Assembly: GCF_964194155.1 (NCBI RefSeq)
Contig: NC_135893.1
Coordinates: 78,120,001 to 78,184,000 of the forward strand
Reading direction: 5' to 3'
DNA: 64,000 bases
From: Cetorhinus maximus
Taxonomy: Eukaryota
Made by a program: the position numbers and the translations under genes. Positions 11,320-24,300 of this stretch are shown piece after piece. Below the pieces are notes generated by a model. The model did no database searches and was not told the DNA's origin. It was given only the letters and a program-made list of their open reading frames with translations. Position 1 is the first letter of the stretch; each line of letters starts with the position of its first letter.

Positions 11320-13451
11320 GTGCTCAGCAAAGGACACAGTTTCATATCCTTACACCCTCATCTCAATGAATTTTGGGCTCGGCACGATGCTGAATTCTTC
11401 TTCTGTTGCCTTCGTCTTAATGCTCACTTCTTTGGGCAGGAGTCCTCTCCCTGTTCAACGGATCCTTTTACCCGCCTCCAATATTCTCCCTCCACCTGGA
11501 CCCCTCCCTCTGGATTCTTACCTGCTTTTGATCTTTTCATTGAGAACTGTCGGCATGACATTAGTCGTCTCAATTTCTCTGCTCCTCTCACCCATTCTAA
11601 CCTGTCTCTTTCTGAACTTGCTGCACTCCGTTCTCTCAGGTCCAACACTGGCTTTGTCAAAAAACCTGCTGACAAGGGTGGTGCTGTTATTGTCTGGCGC
11701 ATTGACCTCTACCTCACAGGGGCTGAGCGTCAACTCGCAGACACTTCCTCCTACCTCCCCCTAGACCATGACTCCACCACTGAACATCAAGCCATTGTTT
11801 CCAGGACTGTTACTGACATCATCTCCTCTGGAGATCTTCCCTCCACAGCTTCCAACCTGATAGTCTCCCAACCTCGGACGGCCCGCTTCTACCTCCTACC
11901 CAAAATCCACAAACAGGACTGTCCCGGCAGACCGATTGTGTCAGCCTGTTCCTGCCCCACGAAACTCATTTCTTGCTATCTTGACTCCATTCTATCTCCC
12001 CTTGTCCAGTCCCTTCCCACCTACATCCGTGATTCCTCTGACACCCTACATCATATCAACAATTTCCAGTTCCCTGGCCCCAACTGCCTCCTCTTCACCA
12101 TAGACGTCCAATCCCTCTACACCTCCATCCCCCACCGCGACGGTTTGAGGGCTCTCTGCTTCTTTCTTGAACAGAGGCCTGAACAATCCCCATCCACCAC
12201 CACTCTCCTCCGTCTGGCTGAACTTGTTCTCACACTGAACAATTTCTCCTTAAACTCCTCTCACTTCCTCCAAATAAAAGGTGTGGCTATGGGTACCCGC
12301 ATGGGCCCCAGATATGCCTGTCTCTTTATGGGGTATGTGGAACATTCCTTGTTCCAGTCCTACTCATGCCCCCTCCCACAACTCTTTCTCCGGTACATCG
12401 ATGACTGTTTCGGTGCTGCTTCATGTTCTTGTCTGGAGCTGGAAAAATTTTTTAAGTTTGCTTCCAATTTCCAACCCTCCATCATTTTCAAATGGTCCAT
12501 CACTGACTCTTCCCTTCCCTTCCTTGACCTCTCTGTCTCCATTTCTGGTGATAGACTGTCCACCAATATTCATTACAAGCCTACCAACCCCCACAGCTAC
12601 CTTGACCACAGCTCCTCACACCCTGCTTCCTGTAAGGACTCCATCCCATTCTCTCAGTTCCTTCACCTCCGTCGCAACTGTTCTGATGATGCCACTTTCA
12701 AAAATAGTTCCTCTGACATGTCCTCCTTCTTCCTTAACCGAGGCTTTCCGCTCACGGTGGTTGACAGGGCCCTCAACTGTGTTCGGCCCATCTCCTGCGC
12801 ATCCACCCTCACACCTTCCTCTCCCTCCCAGAACCATGATAGGACCCCCCTTGTCCTCACTTATCATCCCACCAGCCTCCGCATTCAAAGGATCATCCTC
12901 CACCATTTCCGCCAATTCCAGCATGATGCCACCACCAAACACATCTTCCCTTCACCCCCCCGGCGGAATTTCATGGGGATCGTTCCATCCAGGACACCCT
13001 GGTCCACTCCTCCATCACCCCCTACACCTCAACCCCCTCCCACAGCACCTTCCCATGCAACCACAGAAGGTGCAACACCTGCCCCTTTACTTCCCCCCTC
13101 CTCACTGTCCAAGGGCCCAAACACTCCTTTCAAGTGAAGCAGCATTTCACTTGCACTTCCCTCAATTGAGTCTACTGCATTCATTGCTCCCAATGCGGTC
13201 TCCTCTACATTGGAGAGACCAAACGCAGACTGGGTGACCACTTTGCGGAACACCTTCGGTCTGTCCGCAAGCATGACCCAGACCTCCCTGTCGCTTGCCA
13301 TTTCAACACACCACCCTGCTCTCATGCCCTTGGCCTGCTGCAATGTTCCAGTGAAGCTCAACGTAAACTGGAGGAGCAGCACCTCATCTTCCGACTATGC
13401 ACTTTACAGCCTTCCAGACTTAATACTGAGTTCAACAACTTCAGGTCATGA
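11320..13451 (+). pseudogene. Penelope RT + GIY-YIG endonuclease ORF (frameshift near 12960, stop near 13168; N-terminal part also broken)
   Basis: KPADKGGA, FYLLPKIHK, PGRPIVS, DVQSLYT, GVAMGT, RYIDD; then CNHRRCNTC linker, VYCIHC, LYIGETKRRL, EH and LNTEF in the shifted frame. Confidence 0.93.
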
Positions 13452-13542
13452 ACTGTCTCGTCCATCCCCACCCCCTTTCCGATCCCCCCTTTTCCAATAA
13501 TTTATTATTTTTTATTTTATATATATTTTTCTTTTCCCACCT

Positions 13543-13987
13543 ATTTCCATTATTTTTAAATGTATTTCCATCCATTGTTTTATCTCTACCTTTTAGCCTA
13601 TTTCGATCCCTTCCTCCCACCCCACTCCCACTAGGGCTATCTGTCACTTGCTTGTCCTGCTTTCTACCCTTAATGTCACCATTAGCACATTCCTCAGCTA
13701 ATATCACCACCGTCAACACCCCTTTGTCCTTTTGTCTATGACATCTTTGGCAATCTCTTCTTTGTCTCCACCTATCACTGGCCCTCTATCCAGCTCTACC
13801 TGTCCCACCCGCCTCAACCAGCTTATAGTCCACCTCATTTCTATATTTCTTAGTTCTGATGCAGAGTCTTATGGACTCGAAATATTAACTGTGTTCTTCT
13901 CCGCAGATGCTGTCAGACCTGCTGAGTTTTTCCAGCTACTTTTGTTTTTGTTTCAGATTTCCAGCATCCGCAGTATTTTGCTTTTAT
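13543..13987 (+). repeat. Penelope downstream pseudo-LTR
   Basis: Direct repeat of 10231-10674; contains a mutated hammerhead (CTGATGC...GAAATATT) at 13852-13890. Confidence 0.92.
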
Positions 13988-16280
13988 CCTTACTTTTATG
14001 TTCAATCCCTACTCATAATAAAGGATAATATTTCATTAGCAGCCTTAATTACATGCTGTACCTGCATGCTAACTTTTTGTGACGCATGTTCCAGAACACC
14101 TAGATCCCTCTGCACCTCAGAATTATGCAGCCGTTCTCCATTTAAGTAATACTCTGCTTTTCTGTTCTTCCTGCCAAAGTGAACAACTTCACATTTTCCC
14201 ACATTAAACTCCATTTGCCAGATCTTTACCCACTAACTCAACCTGTCTATATCCATCTGCGACCTCTTCATGTCCTCTTCACAACATACTTTCCTACCTA
14301 TCTTTGCGTTATCTGCAAATTTAGCTACCATGTCTTCACTCCCCTCATCTAAGTCATTGATGTAAATTATAAAAAGTTGAGGCTCCAGCACAGACTCCTG
14401 TGGGACTCCACTCATCACATCCTGCCAATCATAAAAAGACCCATTTATGCATACTCTCTGCTTTCTGCCAGCCAGCCAATCTTCTTTGCATACTAATATG
14501 TTACCCCCTACACCATGCGCTTTTATTTTTCGTAATAACCTTTGATGTGGCACCTTATCAAATGCCTTCTGGAACTCCAAGTACAGTACGTCTACAGACT
14601 CCCCTTTATCCACTGTGCATGTTACTCCTTCAAAAAACTCCAATAAATTGGTTAAACATGATTCTCCTTTCACAAAACCATGCTGATTCTTTCCGATTGC
14701 CTTGAGCTCTTCTAAGTGCCCAGCTATAACCTCCTTAATGATCGATTCTAACAACTTCCCCATGGCAGACGTCAAGCTAACTGGTCTATAGTTTCCTGTT
14801 TTCTGCCTCCCTCCCTTCTTGAATAGAGGGGTTATATTTGCTACTTTCCAACCTGATGGAACCTTTCCAGAAACTAGCGAATTTTGGAAAATTAACACCA
14901 GCGACTACCTCATTGGCCACCTCTTTTAAGACCCTAGGATGTAGTCCATTGGGACCCGGATTTGTGCCAGCCTGCAGCTCCATCAATTTGCTCAGTACCA
15001 TTTCCCTAGTGACTTCAATTTCACCAAGTTCCTCTCTCCCTTTCACCTCCTGATTTGCAACTATTACTTTTTATTTTTTGTATCCTCTATAGTGAACACA
15101 AAAGCAAAACATTTGTTCATTTCTTCCACCATTTCCTTATTAACTCCCCACTGTCACTCGATAGAGGACCAACACTCACTTTACTCACTTTTTTCCTTTT
15201 TAAATACCTGTAGAAACTCTTGCTCTCCATTTTAACATTTCTGGCTACCTTCCTCCCGTACTCGAATTTCTTGCTCCTGATTAACCTTTTCTCTGCCGTT
15301 CTTTATATTCTGTCCAATCATCTGTCCTGCCACTCATCTTTGCAGATTTATATGCTTTTTCCTTAAGTTTGACGCTTTCCTTAACATCTCTAGTTAACCA
15401 CAGATGGTGGGTCCTCCCTTTAGAAGTTTTCTTTATAATAAGAATGTACTTATTCTGAATACTCTGAAATATACTCTTAAATGTCTGCCACTGCTTCTCT
15501 ATTGATCTATCCCCTAGCCTAGTTTCCCAGTTCACTTCAGCTAGCTCAGCTTTCATCCCCACGTAGTTGCCCTTATTTAAGTTTAAGATACTAGTCTTAG
15601 CCCAACTCTCCCCCCTTTCAAACTGGATGTAAAATTCACCAATGCCCTCTTTGATTAACAGTGCTACCCCTTCACCTTTACATGGCTTCCTATTCTTCTT
15701 GAATGTCATGGACCCTTCAATATTAAGGACCCAATCATTGTCATCCTGCAGCCACGTCTCCGTAATTGCTATCAGATCATATTTATTTATTTCAATGTGG
15801 GCCATCAATTCATTTACTTTGTTATGAATGCTATGTGCATTCAGATAGAGAGCCTTCAGTTTTGTCTTTTTGTTACCTTTGTAATATCTAGTCTTGACTG
15901 TTGATGTATTCTTAGGTATTTTTCTTTCTGTCCCTTTCTGCCATTCTCTGACCCTGATTTCTCATATTACTATTTTGCTCTCCTGTCTTGACTCTACACC
16001 TTGAATTGCTACCTCTACCCAAACTTGATCCTTCACCCCTCTTGTTTAGTTTTAGATTGCTGACACTTGGGCCAAGTCAGCTGTGGGTGTGCATCTATTC
16101 TGAGATGACTCAATCCTCTGTGCCGCCTTCTTCTCTATCACATTAACGTCTGACACTCTCAGTTAGGGATGTTGGCCTGCTTTTATCCTCACCTTACAGT
16201 GCATGTGGACCATCTGTGGATGACGACGTTCAACCACTTGCGTGACAGACATTAAAATGCCTCCTCTTTAAGACACACAT

Positions 16281-17815
16281 TAGAACCATAGAACCATAGA
16301 GCACTACAGCACAGAAAACAGGCCATTCAGCCCTTCTAGTCTGTGCTGAAATATTATTCCGCTAATCCCATTGACCTGCACCCAGTCCATAACCCTCTAG
16401 ACCTGTCCTATCCATGTATCTATCCAACTTATTCTTAAAACTTAAGAGTGAGCCCGCATTTACCACGTCAGATGGTAGCTCGTTCCACACTCTCACCACT
16501 CTCTGAGTGAAGAAGTTCCCCCTAATTTTTCCCCTAAACCTTTCCCCTTTCACCTTAAAGCCATGTCCTCTCGTGTTTATCTCTCCTAATCTAAGTGGAA
16601 AGAGCCTACTCGCATTTACTCTGTCTATACCCCTCATAATTTTGTAAACTTCCATCAAATCTCCCCTCATCCTTCTACGCTCCAAGGAATAAAGTCCTAA
16701 CCTGTTTAATCTTTCCCTGTAACTCAACTCCTTAAGACCCGGCAACGTCCTAGTAAATCTTCTCTGCACTCTTTCAATCTTACTGATATCCTTCCTGTAG
16801 TTAGGTGACCAGAACTGCACACAATACTCCAAATTTGGCCTCACCAATGTCTTATACAACCTCACCATAACATCCCAACTCCTATACTCAATACTTTGAT
16901 TTATGAAGGCCAGTATGCCAAAAGCTTTCTTTACAACCCTGTCTACCTGTGACGCCACTTTCAGGGAATTATGTATCTGAACTCCCAGATCCCTTTGTTC
17001 CTCCGCACTCCTCAGTGCCCTACCATTTACTGTGTATGTCCTACCTTGGTTTGTCCTTCCAAAATGCAACACCTCACACTTTTCTGCATTAAATTCCATC
17101 TGCCATTTTCTGGCCCATTTTTCCAGTTGGTCCAGATCCCTCTGCAAGCTTTGAAAGCCTTCCTCGCTGTCCACAACGCCTCCAATCTTAGTGTCATCAG
17201 CAAACTTGCTGATCCAATTTACCACTTTATCATCCAAATCATTGATATAGACAACAAACAACAATGGTCCCAGCACAGATCCCTGAGGCACACCACTAGT
17301 CACAGACCTCCAGTCTGAGAAGCAATCAACCACTACCACTCTCTGTCTTCTCCCACACTGCCAATTTCGAATCCAGTTTACAACCTCTCCATGGATACCA
17401 AGTGTCTGAGCCTTCTGAACTAACCTCCCATGTGGGACCTTGTCAAAGGCCTTACTAAAGTCCATGTAGACAACATCCACAGCCTTTCCTTCATCTACTT
17501 TCTTGGTAATCTCCTCGAAAAACTCTACAAGGTTCGTTAAACACGACCTACCACGCACAAAGCCATGCTGACTATCCTTAATCAGCCCTTGGCTGTCCAA
17601 ATAATTATATATCCAATCTCTCAGAACACCTTCCAATAATTTACCTACTACTGATATTAGGTTCACTGGCCTGTAATTACCTGGTTTATTTTTGGAGCCT
17701 TTTTTAAACAACGGAACAACATGAGCTACCCTCCAATCCTCCGGCACCTCACCCGTGGCGAAGGACATTTTAAATATTTCTGCCATGGCCCCTGCAATTT
17801 CTACACTAGTCTCCT
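16281..17815 (-). mobile_element. Young CR1 LINE, 5'-truncated
   Basis: (TGGTTCTA)n 3' tail at 16281-16300; uninterrupted RT reading frame; short ACATT at both flanks. Confidence 0.95.
16362..17786 (-). CDS. CR1 ORF2 C-terminal half (reverse transcriptase), 474 codons open, 5'-truncated retrocopy
   Basis: [55 protein letters not shown]. Confidence 0.85.
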   Translation of the reverse strand: MAEIFKMSFATGEVPEDWRVAHVVPLFKKGSKNKPGNYRPVNLISVVGKLLEGVLRDWIYNYLDSQGLIKDSQHGFVRGRSCLTNLVEFFEEITKKVDEGKAVDVVYMDFSKAFDKVPHGRLVQKAQTLGIHGEVVNWIRNWQCGRRQRVVVVDCFSDWRSVTSGVPQGSVLGPLLFVVYINDLDDKVVNWISKFADDTKIGGVVDSEEGFQSLQRDLDQLEKWARKWQMEFNAEKCEVLHFGRTNQGRTYTVNGRALRSAEEQRDLGVQIHNSLKVASQVDRVVKKAFGILAFINQSIEYRSWDVMVRLYKTLVRPNLEYCVQFWSPNYRKDISKIERVQRRFTRTLPGLKELSYRERLNRLGLYSLERRRMRGDLMEVYKIMRGIDRVNASRLFPLRLGEINTRGHGFKVKGERFRGKIRGNFFTQRVVRVWNELPSDVVNAGSLLSFKNKLDRYMDRTGLEGYGLGAGQWD

Positions 17816-18807
17816 CCTACATTGTTCCCTCATGGCCAAACCCGGCCCTTGCGAACTCCAAAATTCACAAACGCCATGAAGCCCTCAAGGTCACGAGTCA
17901 TTGCTAATAAAGAGCACACTTCAGCATCATTACATCCTCGTTCTTATCCCATTGTCCCCATCGCCATTGTTTAACGCTACGATGTGCACTTCCAGAGAAT
18001 GCTCAAAGGCTCTACTGAAGGCCAAAAATCACCATTTGCAACGAGCAACACTCATCTGGGCGAGTGTTTAGGTGATGGGACGGAGAGCACTGCATCCCAA
18101 CATTGTGACGAGAGCCTTGTGGCTGCAACCCAGACAATTACAGGTTGAGAAACACTCATGGTTGTAGGTTTGTAGGGAAATGATGTGGCTGAGGGGGACA
18201 GAGCTTCAGGACCTTGAGGTGGCAAATTGCTCCCACTCATTGGGAGCTTAGCAGATGTACACTCGGAAAGTCGGAAATGCGGTCGGCTGACAGGAGCGTA
18301 CACGAGCTCTGAGCATGGGTCATAGCATGAAAGCCCTGCAGGATGCTGGGAGCACATGGAGTTGCACGACTTATAACCCTTCCCCATGCGTTAACACATC
18401 TCTCCTTGTACACTGCACCTTCACCTTTCAAGAGTGCAGACGAGATAGGAGAACACCTCTGCCTCAATCTTACACAGCCAAGAATAAAGATGACATGACC
18501 CTGCAAAGCAACTGTACGAGGTTCATTCCACAAGCACACTTAACATTAAAGTCGTGGCATCACTGATGTTGAGAATGATGTGCAAAAGGGACACACACTG
18601 TGGTGATATGGAAGCACACAACATAGACAAGAGGCCCATGATTGTGATACCTGCGATAAGTGGGGAGGGACCATGGGTATCTCACCTGATAGACAGCAAC
18701 ACATCTCATCATAAAAAAGAGGCTTACACAAGAGGGAGTGTGAAATGGGTGTGATTCTATTTACATTTGTGTACATTATATACATGTTGTGAACACCCAT
18801 GCCACCA

Positions 18808-19910
18808 AAACTTTTTTAACTTTCCTAACCCTGCTGCTACATCTTGGTGATTCCCTGACATCCACAGTGGACGTGGAGGCAGCCAGCTGACTACGACACC
18901 CTAGTATCTGTGATGACTTTGGTGGGTGTCCTCTGGAGCGCTGAGACCTGGAGGGCCCCGGCCTGCTTTGGGTGTCCTGCTGTGGGACAGGTGCACCCTC
19001 CTCGGTGGAGCTGGAGGTGATGGGGTCACAGGAAGAGGAGATTGGGATCAGCCGAGCAGTCCCGGAGTCACCTGGGTGAATGGCCCCAGGGTGTCCAGCT
19101 GCTGGTCTCCTCTCTATGGGTACCTGAGGGCCCCTGGCTGACTCCTTGAGGAGGAGGGGCAGCTGGAGTGAGATCTCGATGTCACCAACGACTACAGCAA
19201 TGAAGTGTCACAGCAGGCCGATGTCCTGAACCAAGGTCTCCATGGCGGCCACCATCCTACCAGTGTTGACCTCAGTGCGTTGGCATGCCGACATTGTTAC
19301 CTCAGAATGAACACAGACCGACTCCTCCATCATCCGTCACAATCTGAGGGATGCAGCTTCCTGATGTTTCCGTGATTGTCGCTGCAGCTCCACCAACTGA
19401 TTTAGGACCGAGTCCAGAGGCTCGTCTTCTGAACTCAGACTCAGGATCCTGGCCTCCAGCAGTCCTCCGAGTGCTGGTGACCTCGGATATCCCTGCCTCC
19501 GCCTGCTGTGGAACAGATTGTGCGCTGTGCTCACCAGATTGTGACCCTGAAGCTGCTCTAGAACTCGGTCCCACCGAGGTGTGTGTCTCTGTGCTGGTGG
19601 AGGGTGTGAGTGAGCGCTGTAATGGGTCTTCTATGGTACTCTCCTCTGGTTCCTCATTCGAGGTGTCCTCGGGGCTGGAGCTGAGGCTTGTGGGTGCCAT
19701 CGGGTGCTTTCCAGAGGTGCCTATGAAAGGAGAGATAATTAGTGTATGGCAGGCGACTCTAAAACAGAGCAAAGCACTCACGGCATGGTACTCTGAGGGA
19801 TGAGCTGGTACAGGAACCCCACTTGGGTGTGCACTGCCCACCTCACCGTCACCACAGGCACGGCCCACATCCTCACCAACCAGCTTGATTGCTCGATGCT
19901 CCTCAATTTC
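18808..19910 (-). pseudogene. Harbinger second gene (Myb/SANT-like partner), C-terminal exons only
   Basis: EEHRAIKLVGEDVGRACGDGEVG, S/T/P-rich linker, coiled-coil EPLDSVLNQLVELQRQ, basic end PRCSSRVRKVKK; acceptor CTTTCATAG near 19721; the Myb domain itself is not seen. Confidence 0.6.
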
Positions 19911-21545
19911 CTGTTCATGCATGATTACTGAGGCAGGTAGCGGACAAAACGGCATGAAAACCCACCAATGCAACCGGCAGGTAAAACGCTGATTTTCACA
20001 CCCGCCACCACACTTAGTGTACTGAGGGGAAAATCCCACCCATTGACTTACTTCCTAGTCAATGATTTTCCAGATGGCCTAAAGCCAGCTGCTGTTCCTT
20101 CTCCTTTGGGATGTGGGTTATCTCAAACTGAGTGGGAGCTATCCAAGCTAACAGACCCAGGGTGAGCCAGTAAATCCGTCCTGTTCGTTTGGTATGCACT
20201 TTGACATTCCATAAACTCACCTATCTGACTTCAATACACATTGTCAATGCTTTCAGTCAGTGGCTTTTTTAAACTAATCTGAATTCACCTTGCTTTGTTC
20301 CGGATTTAAACAGGGCGCAATCGCCAAATCTTTTGCATGGCCTGTTCACTGATTGTGAAATGTGGCATTGAGCAACAGCTGCAGAAAAGACGATGCAGTC
20401 ACTCAACATGTTGAATCCTCAAGAATAATTCTGATTAATCATGTGATGGGTGAAATTTGCTTTGTAACTTAAGGCTCTAAGTAAACACAATTTTCTAAAG
20501 GAAGAAATCCAACTAGTGAAGATATGAAATGGCTGCTCTGTTTTGAGGGCTATCAGGGATCTCACGTTATCTCTGCATGCTCTCTGTTAGTTGATGCTGG
20601 CATTCTCCTTCTTCTCCCAACCTAAAGCGCTGCCTCCAACTCCTGTCCTTTTCCTCTTTACCTTTGCTTAACCTTTCCCTCTCCGCTTTATCACCATCCA
20701 TTTCTCCCATCAACTCCATCCATTTTACCCCCTTATTACTATCCATTGCCCCCCATGCTGCTCTGAAATGGTTCTGGCTTCTAATGGGTTTGACCAAGGC
20801 CTGTCTCTCCACAGCACTATTCCTGCAGTGAGTCTGGCTGCTGCACACGCTAAGCTGGAGCTCCTGTTTTCAAAAGAGTTCCCTGCTAAGTATACAGTGG
20901 CCAGGATAACTCTGACCGTAGCAGCTTTGAGGAGAGAAGGATTGTGAACTGGTCCATGAACAACCGGACGTGTGCAGGAGTTGGAGAGAGGGGGATTGGG
21001 AGGGTCATCAGAGGAGGGGTAGTGCAGTTTGTGCTGAATAGTTCCCAAGAATAGTGACTTATCAAAGTACAGCACTAACAATTAGTATGTAAGTAACTAC
21101 AATATTATTAGATAAAAAGAACCTATAGATGAAAGGATGTAATATGCTAAATGTGTGTGGGTCAGCAGTGAGTTTTTAAATTACGAAATAAGCTAAGCAA
21201 CTGAAAATTTTGCATTTCTAGAAAGTGTACCATAAGTTTAGCAATTGGGTAGATGTGTATGTATTATGTATATATTATATACATAATGGGTTAGTCTTGT
21301 TCAGTTCGAGTTGGTGATTGTCCTCAAAGTCTGTGCTTCCAGCTGTTGCATTGTTTTAGTTATTGTAGTTTTCTAATCCCAGATAAAAGGCTCAGCTGAA
21401 CAAGTATTAGACTGACTTGGGCAGGGAGAAACTCACCAAGACTTTGCAGTGTTATATGTGGTGCCTCTATCTGTGGCTGGATTGTTCTTGGCTAGATTTC
21501 TGCCGTTTGGTCTCTAGTTTCTATTTTTGGGCTATTCTTTGCCAA

Positions 21546-21624
21546 TCTCAAGGGCAATTAGGGACGGGCAATAAATGTTGGCCTTGCCAGTGATGCCCAC
21601 ATCCCGTGAATGAATAAACAAAAA
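21546..21624 (+). mobile_element. Isolated 3' tail of the tRNA-headed LINE/SINE family
   Basis: Matches 9413-9491. Confidence 0.85.
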
Positions 21625-22062
21625 TGTTCAGAAACACATTTGCTTGAACTTGCAAAAAGGAGGAAGCAAATGAGAAACTAAATTTCAATGCATTTGGTAA
21701 GTAAGATGAGACAGAACCTAGAGAGCCAACTCGTCACAGTTCAAACAGAGAATTAACCATGAAATAAAAATAAGCTGTTACAAGCTGACAAACTACCATG
21801 GAATTAAAAGCAAATGTATTACAATGTAAGAACCACAAGCTCTTGTCGATCTATAACTTAGAAGAGGTAATCACAGCATCACAGAACAGTGCAGACGGAG
21901 GCCATTTGGCCCATTATGTCTGTGCTGGCTCTCTGAAAGAGCAATTTACCTGATGCCACTCCCCCACCTTCTCCCCATAGTGCTGCACATTCTCCCTTTC
22001 CAGTTAATAATTATTTCCCTCTTGAATGTCTCGATTTAACCTGTCTCCACCACATTCTCAGA

Positions 22063-22245
22063 CCCCGAGTTTCCAGTGGCCTGTCATTTCAACTCTCTAC
22101 CTTGCTCTCACGCTGACATCTCTGACCTTGGCCTGCTGCACTGTTCCAGTGAAGCTCAACGTAAGCTTGAGGAACAGCACCTTATCTTTCAATTAGGCTC
22201 GTTACAGCCTTCTGGACTCAACATGGAGTTCAACAATTTAGATCA
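22063..22245 (+). mobile_element. Penelope GIY-YIG C-terminal fragment (adjacent to a minus-strand CR1 3' fragment at about 21870-22062)
   Basis: VACHFN...SEAQRKLEEQHLIFQLGSLQPSGLNMEFNN, homologous to about 13280-13445. Confidence 0.88.
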
Positions 22246-23973
22246 AGGAAGTAAGAATTACCTTCTGTAAGATGTGTATAAAATAACCAGGGCCAGTAAA
22301 AGACCAGGTGGAAAGGAATTCATTGCAGCACATATTGTGCAGTAGGGTAAAGAGGAGACTGACTTGCCTGAGGAGGGATTGGAATGTCTATGGCATTTTG
22401 GCTAACACCTCAGCTTGAGGGGATATATAGACTGAACAATGTAGGAGACAAAAGAAATTCCTGCTCCAGTGGTATTTACATTTAGTGAAAAAGCTAGGGG
22501 CTGTGTATAAGGGACTATAAAAAGTGCACCACCGCTGACTAATTGCTTTCTGCAAATTGGCTGTTGTGTTTCCAACATTACAATACCCCAAAAGTATTTC
22601 ATTGGCTGTGAAGTACTTTATATTCCCTCCCCTGCTTCACAGTCATTGATGTCAGAAAGAACTGAAAATGTTGAACCTAAGAGAAGGCTTCAGGGAAGAC
22701 ATTTGGGACTGGATGAGAATACAGGATTCAGTGGAAAGAAGTAAAAATAATGGTGAAAGGGGCTTTTGTCAATGCTGATATTTTCTCAGTATTTGAGTAA
22801 ACACTGCTGTCAGTGTCATGACTATTACTAAGTCACAGCCTTTGAAGCCTTGTGTTTGATGGAAATTTCACAGAACAATGTCATGTCATGGATGATGCAA
22901 AACAGATACTTTGACAGAGGGAAATGTTTGGCCAGGAGTTCTGGGAGATCTTTCCCCTGGTGTCTAATGTAACTGGGATGCTGTATTACATCAGGCAGCT
23001 ACTGAGTAACATGAGTCAAAAGGCTAAATGGACTTTTGGCTGCTTCAAAAATGATGTTTTCTTCATGCAACAATGATATAATACTGTGTCTGTATTTCCA
23101 TAAGGATCAAGCTTTATGTTTATTGTCACATCCTTGCCTTTGGAGATGAGAGGTATATAGCTGGCATATTGCTGATTTAGATGTAGAAGGTTAAATACCA
23201 TCATCTCGGCGTATGAGCTTGAGGAAGGAGAAAGGTTTGCATTTATATAGCACCTTTCAACACCTTAGGACATCCTAAGGTACTTCACAGCCAATGAAAT
23301 ACTTTTGGGGTGTTGTAATGTCGGAAACACAACAGCCAATTTGCAGAAAGCAATGTCCAACAAATAACAATGAGATAATGGCCACATTTTTTTTAGCGAT
23401 GTTGGCTGAGAACACACATATGAACATACAAATTAGGAGCAGGCCATTTGGCCCCTCGAGCCTACTCCGCTATTCCGCACGATCATGGCTGATCTGATTG
23501 TGGCCTCAACTCGACATTCCGCCTACCCCTGATAACCTTTGACTCCCTTGTTAGTCAAGAATCTATCTACCTCTGCTTTAAAAATATTCATTGACCCTGC
23601 CCCCACCCCTCTCTAGAGAAGAGAATTCCAAAGGTTCACGACCCCCTGAGAGAAAAAAAATTCTCCTCATCTCCATCTTAAATGGAGAACACCTTATCTT
23701 TAAACTGTGCCCCCTAGTTCTAGTCTCTCCCACAAGTAGGGGTGTAGTGCCAAATTTTGAGATGCTGGAGCTCTACGAAAATGTGTTGGCCATATCATTT
23801 CTAAATCTACTACTACATTGTTTTCTTATGTATTAATCATTGGAGTCCCCAAAAGTCAGTAAAACTGTGCTTTTTAAGTGAAAAATCTTAGTGCCCCAAC
23901 TGCCACCAGCCTCTTTCTCACTCCCCACCAACAACCTGCCCCGCCCCCAAACCCCCCCAACATCCCAAAACCC

Positions 23974-24071
23974 TCTGATGAAGAGTCATACAGACTCGGA
24001 ACGTTAACTCTGTTTCTGTCTCCACAGATGCTGCCAGACCTGCAGGGCTTTTCCAGCATTTTCTGTTTTTA
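23974..24071 (+). mobile_element. Penelope pseudo-LTR fragment beginning at the hammerhead core
   Basis: CTGATGAAGAGTCATACAGACTCGGAACGTTAACT followed by CCACAGATGCTGCCAGACCTG. Confidence 0.85.
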
Positions 24072-24300
24072 CTCCCCAACGCCTCACTCCCCTCCCCCAG
24101 CACCCCCTCTCTCTCCCCACCCCGCAACCTTTCCCTCCAACCCCACCCCCTCCACCCTCCTCCCATCCCTCCCCTCAACCGGCCCAACACCCCCTTCCCC
24201 ACCCCAACCTCCCCTCTCCAGCCCCCTCCACAACCCCATCCCTTTGAATTCCCCTTTCTCCCCCCCCGGCCCAGTCACTCCCCGAACCCCAACCTCCCCA
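24072..24300. repeat. C-rich low-complexity tract (G-quadruplex-prone on minus strand)
   Basis: More than 20 runs of three or more C. Confidence 0.85.

Larger units (their letters stand above)
10219..13985 (+). mobile_element. Penelope-like element, Neptune type, near full-length with two pseudo-LTRs
   Basis: RT plus GIY-YIG coding region between about 445-bp direct repeats; 12-bp TSD ATCCTTACTCTT (10207-10218) / ATCCTTACTTTT (13986-13997) within the host CR1. Confidence 0.95.
9609..16053 (-). mobile_element. CR1 LINE, 5'-truncated ORF2, split by a Penelope insertion (9609-10218 and 13986-16053)
   Basis: APE (YDLIAITETWL) at 15281-15808; RT (NYRPVSLTS, QHGFVKG, KAFDKVPH, KFADN) at 14233-14898; C-terminal VQRRFTRLI; TTCTTATGTTCTTA tail at the left end. 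Confidence 0.92.
3274..20041. mobile_element. Degraded PIF/Harbinger transposon (about 5.9 kb of own sequence) interrupted by nested retroelements
   Basis: TIR-like ends GGTCAGGATT (3274) and AAAATCCCACCC (20041); transposase remnant on + and partner gene on - converge. TIRs match poorly and no TSD is seen, so it may be two adjacent elements. Confidence 0.5.

Noticed and set aside
12281-13237. 318-aa Pro/Ser-rich overlapping ORF in the Penelope element
   Set aside because: An alternative frame of C-rich RT coding sequence with no independent support.
10231-13987. LTR retrotransposon
   Set aside because: No TG...CA ends, gag or integrase; GIY-YIG and Penelope RT motifs identify the repeats as pseudo-LTRs.
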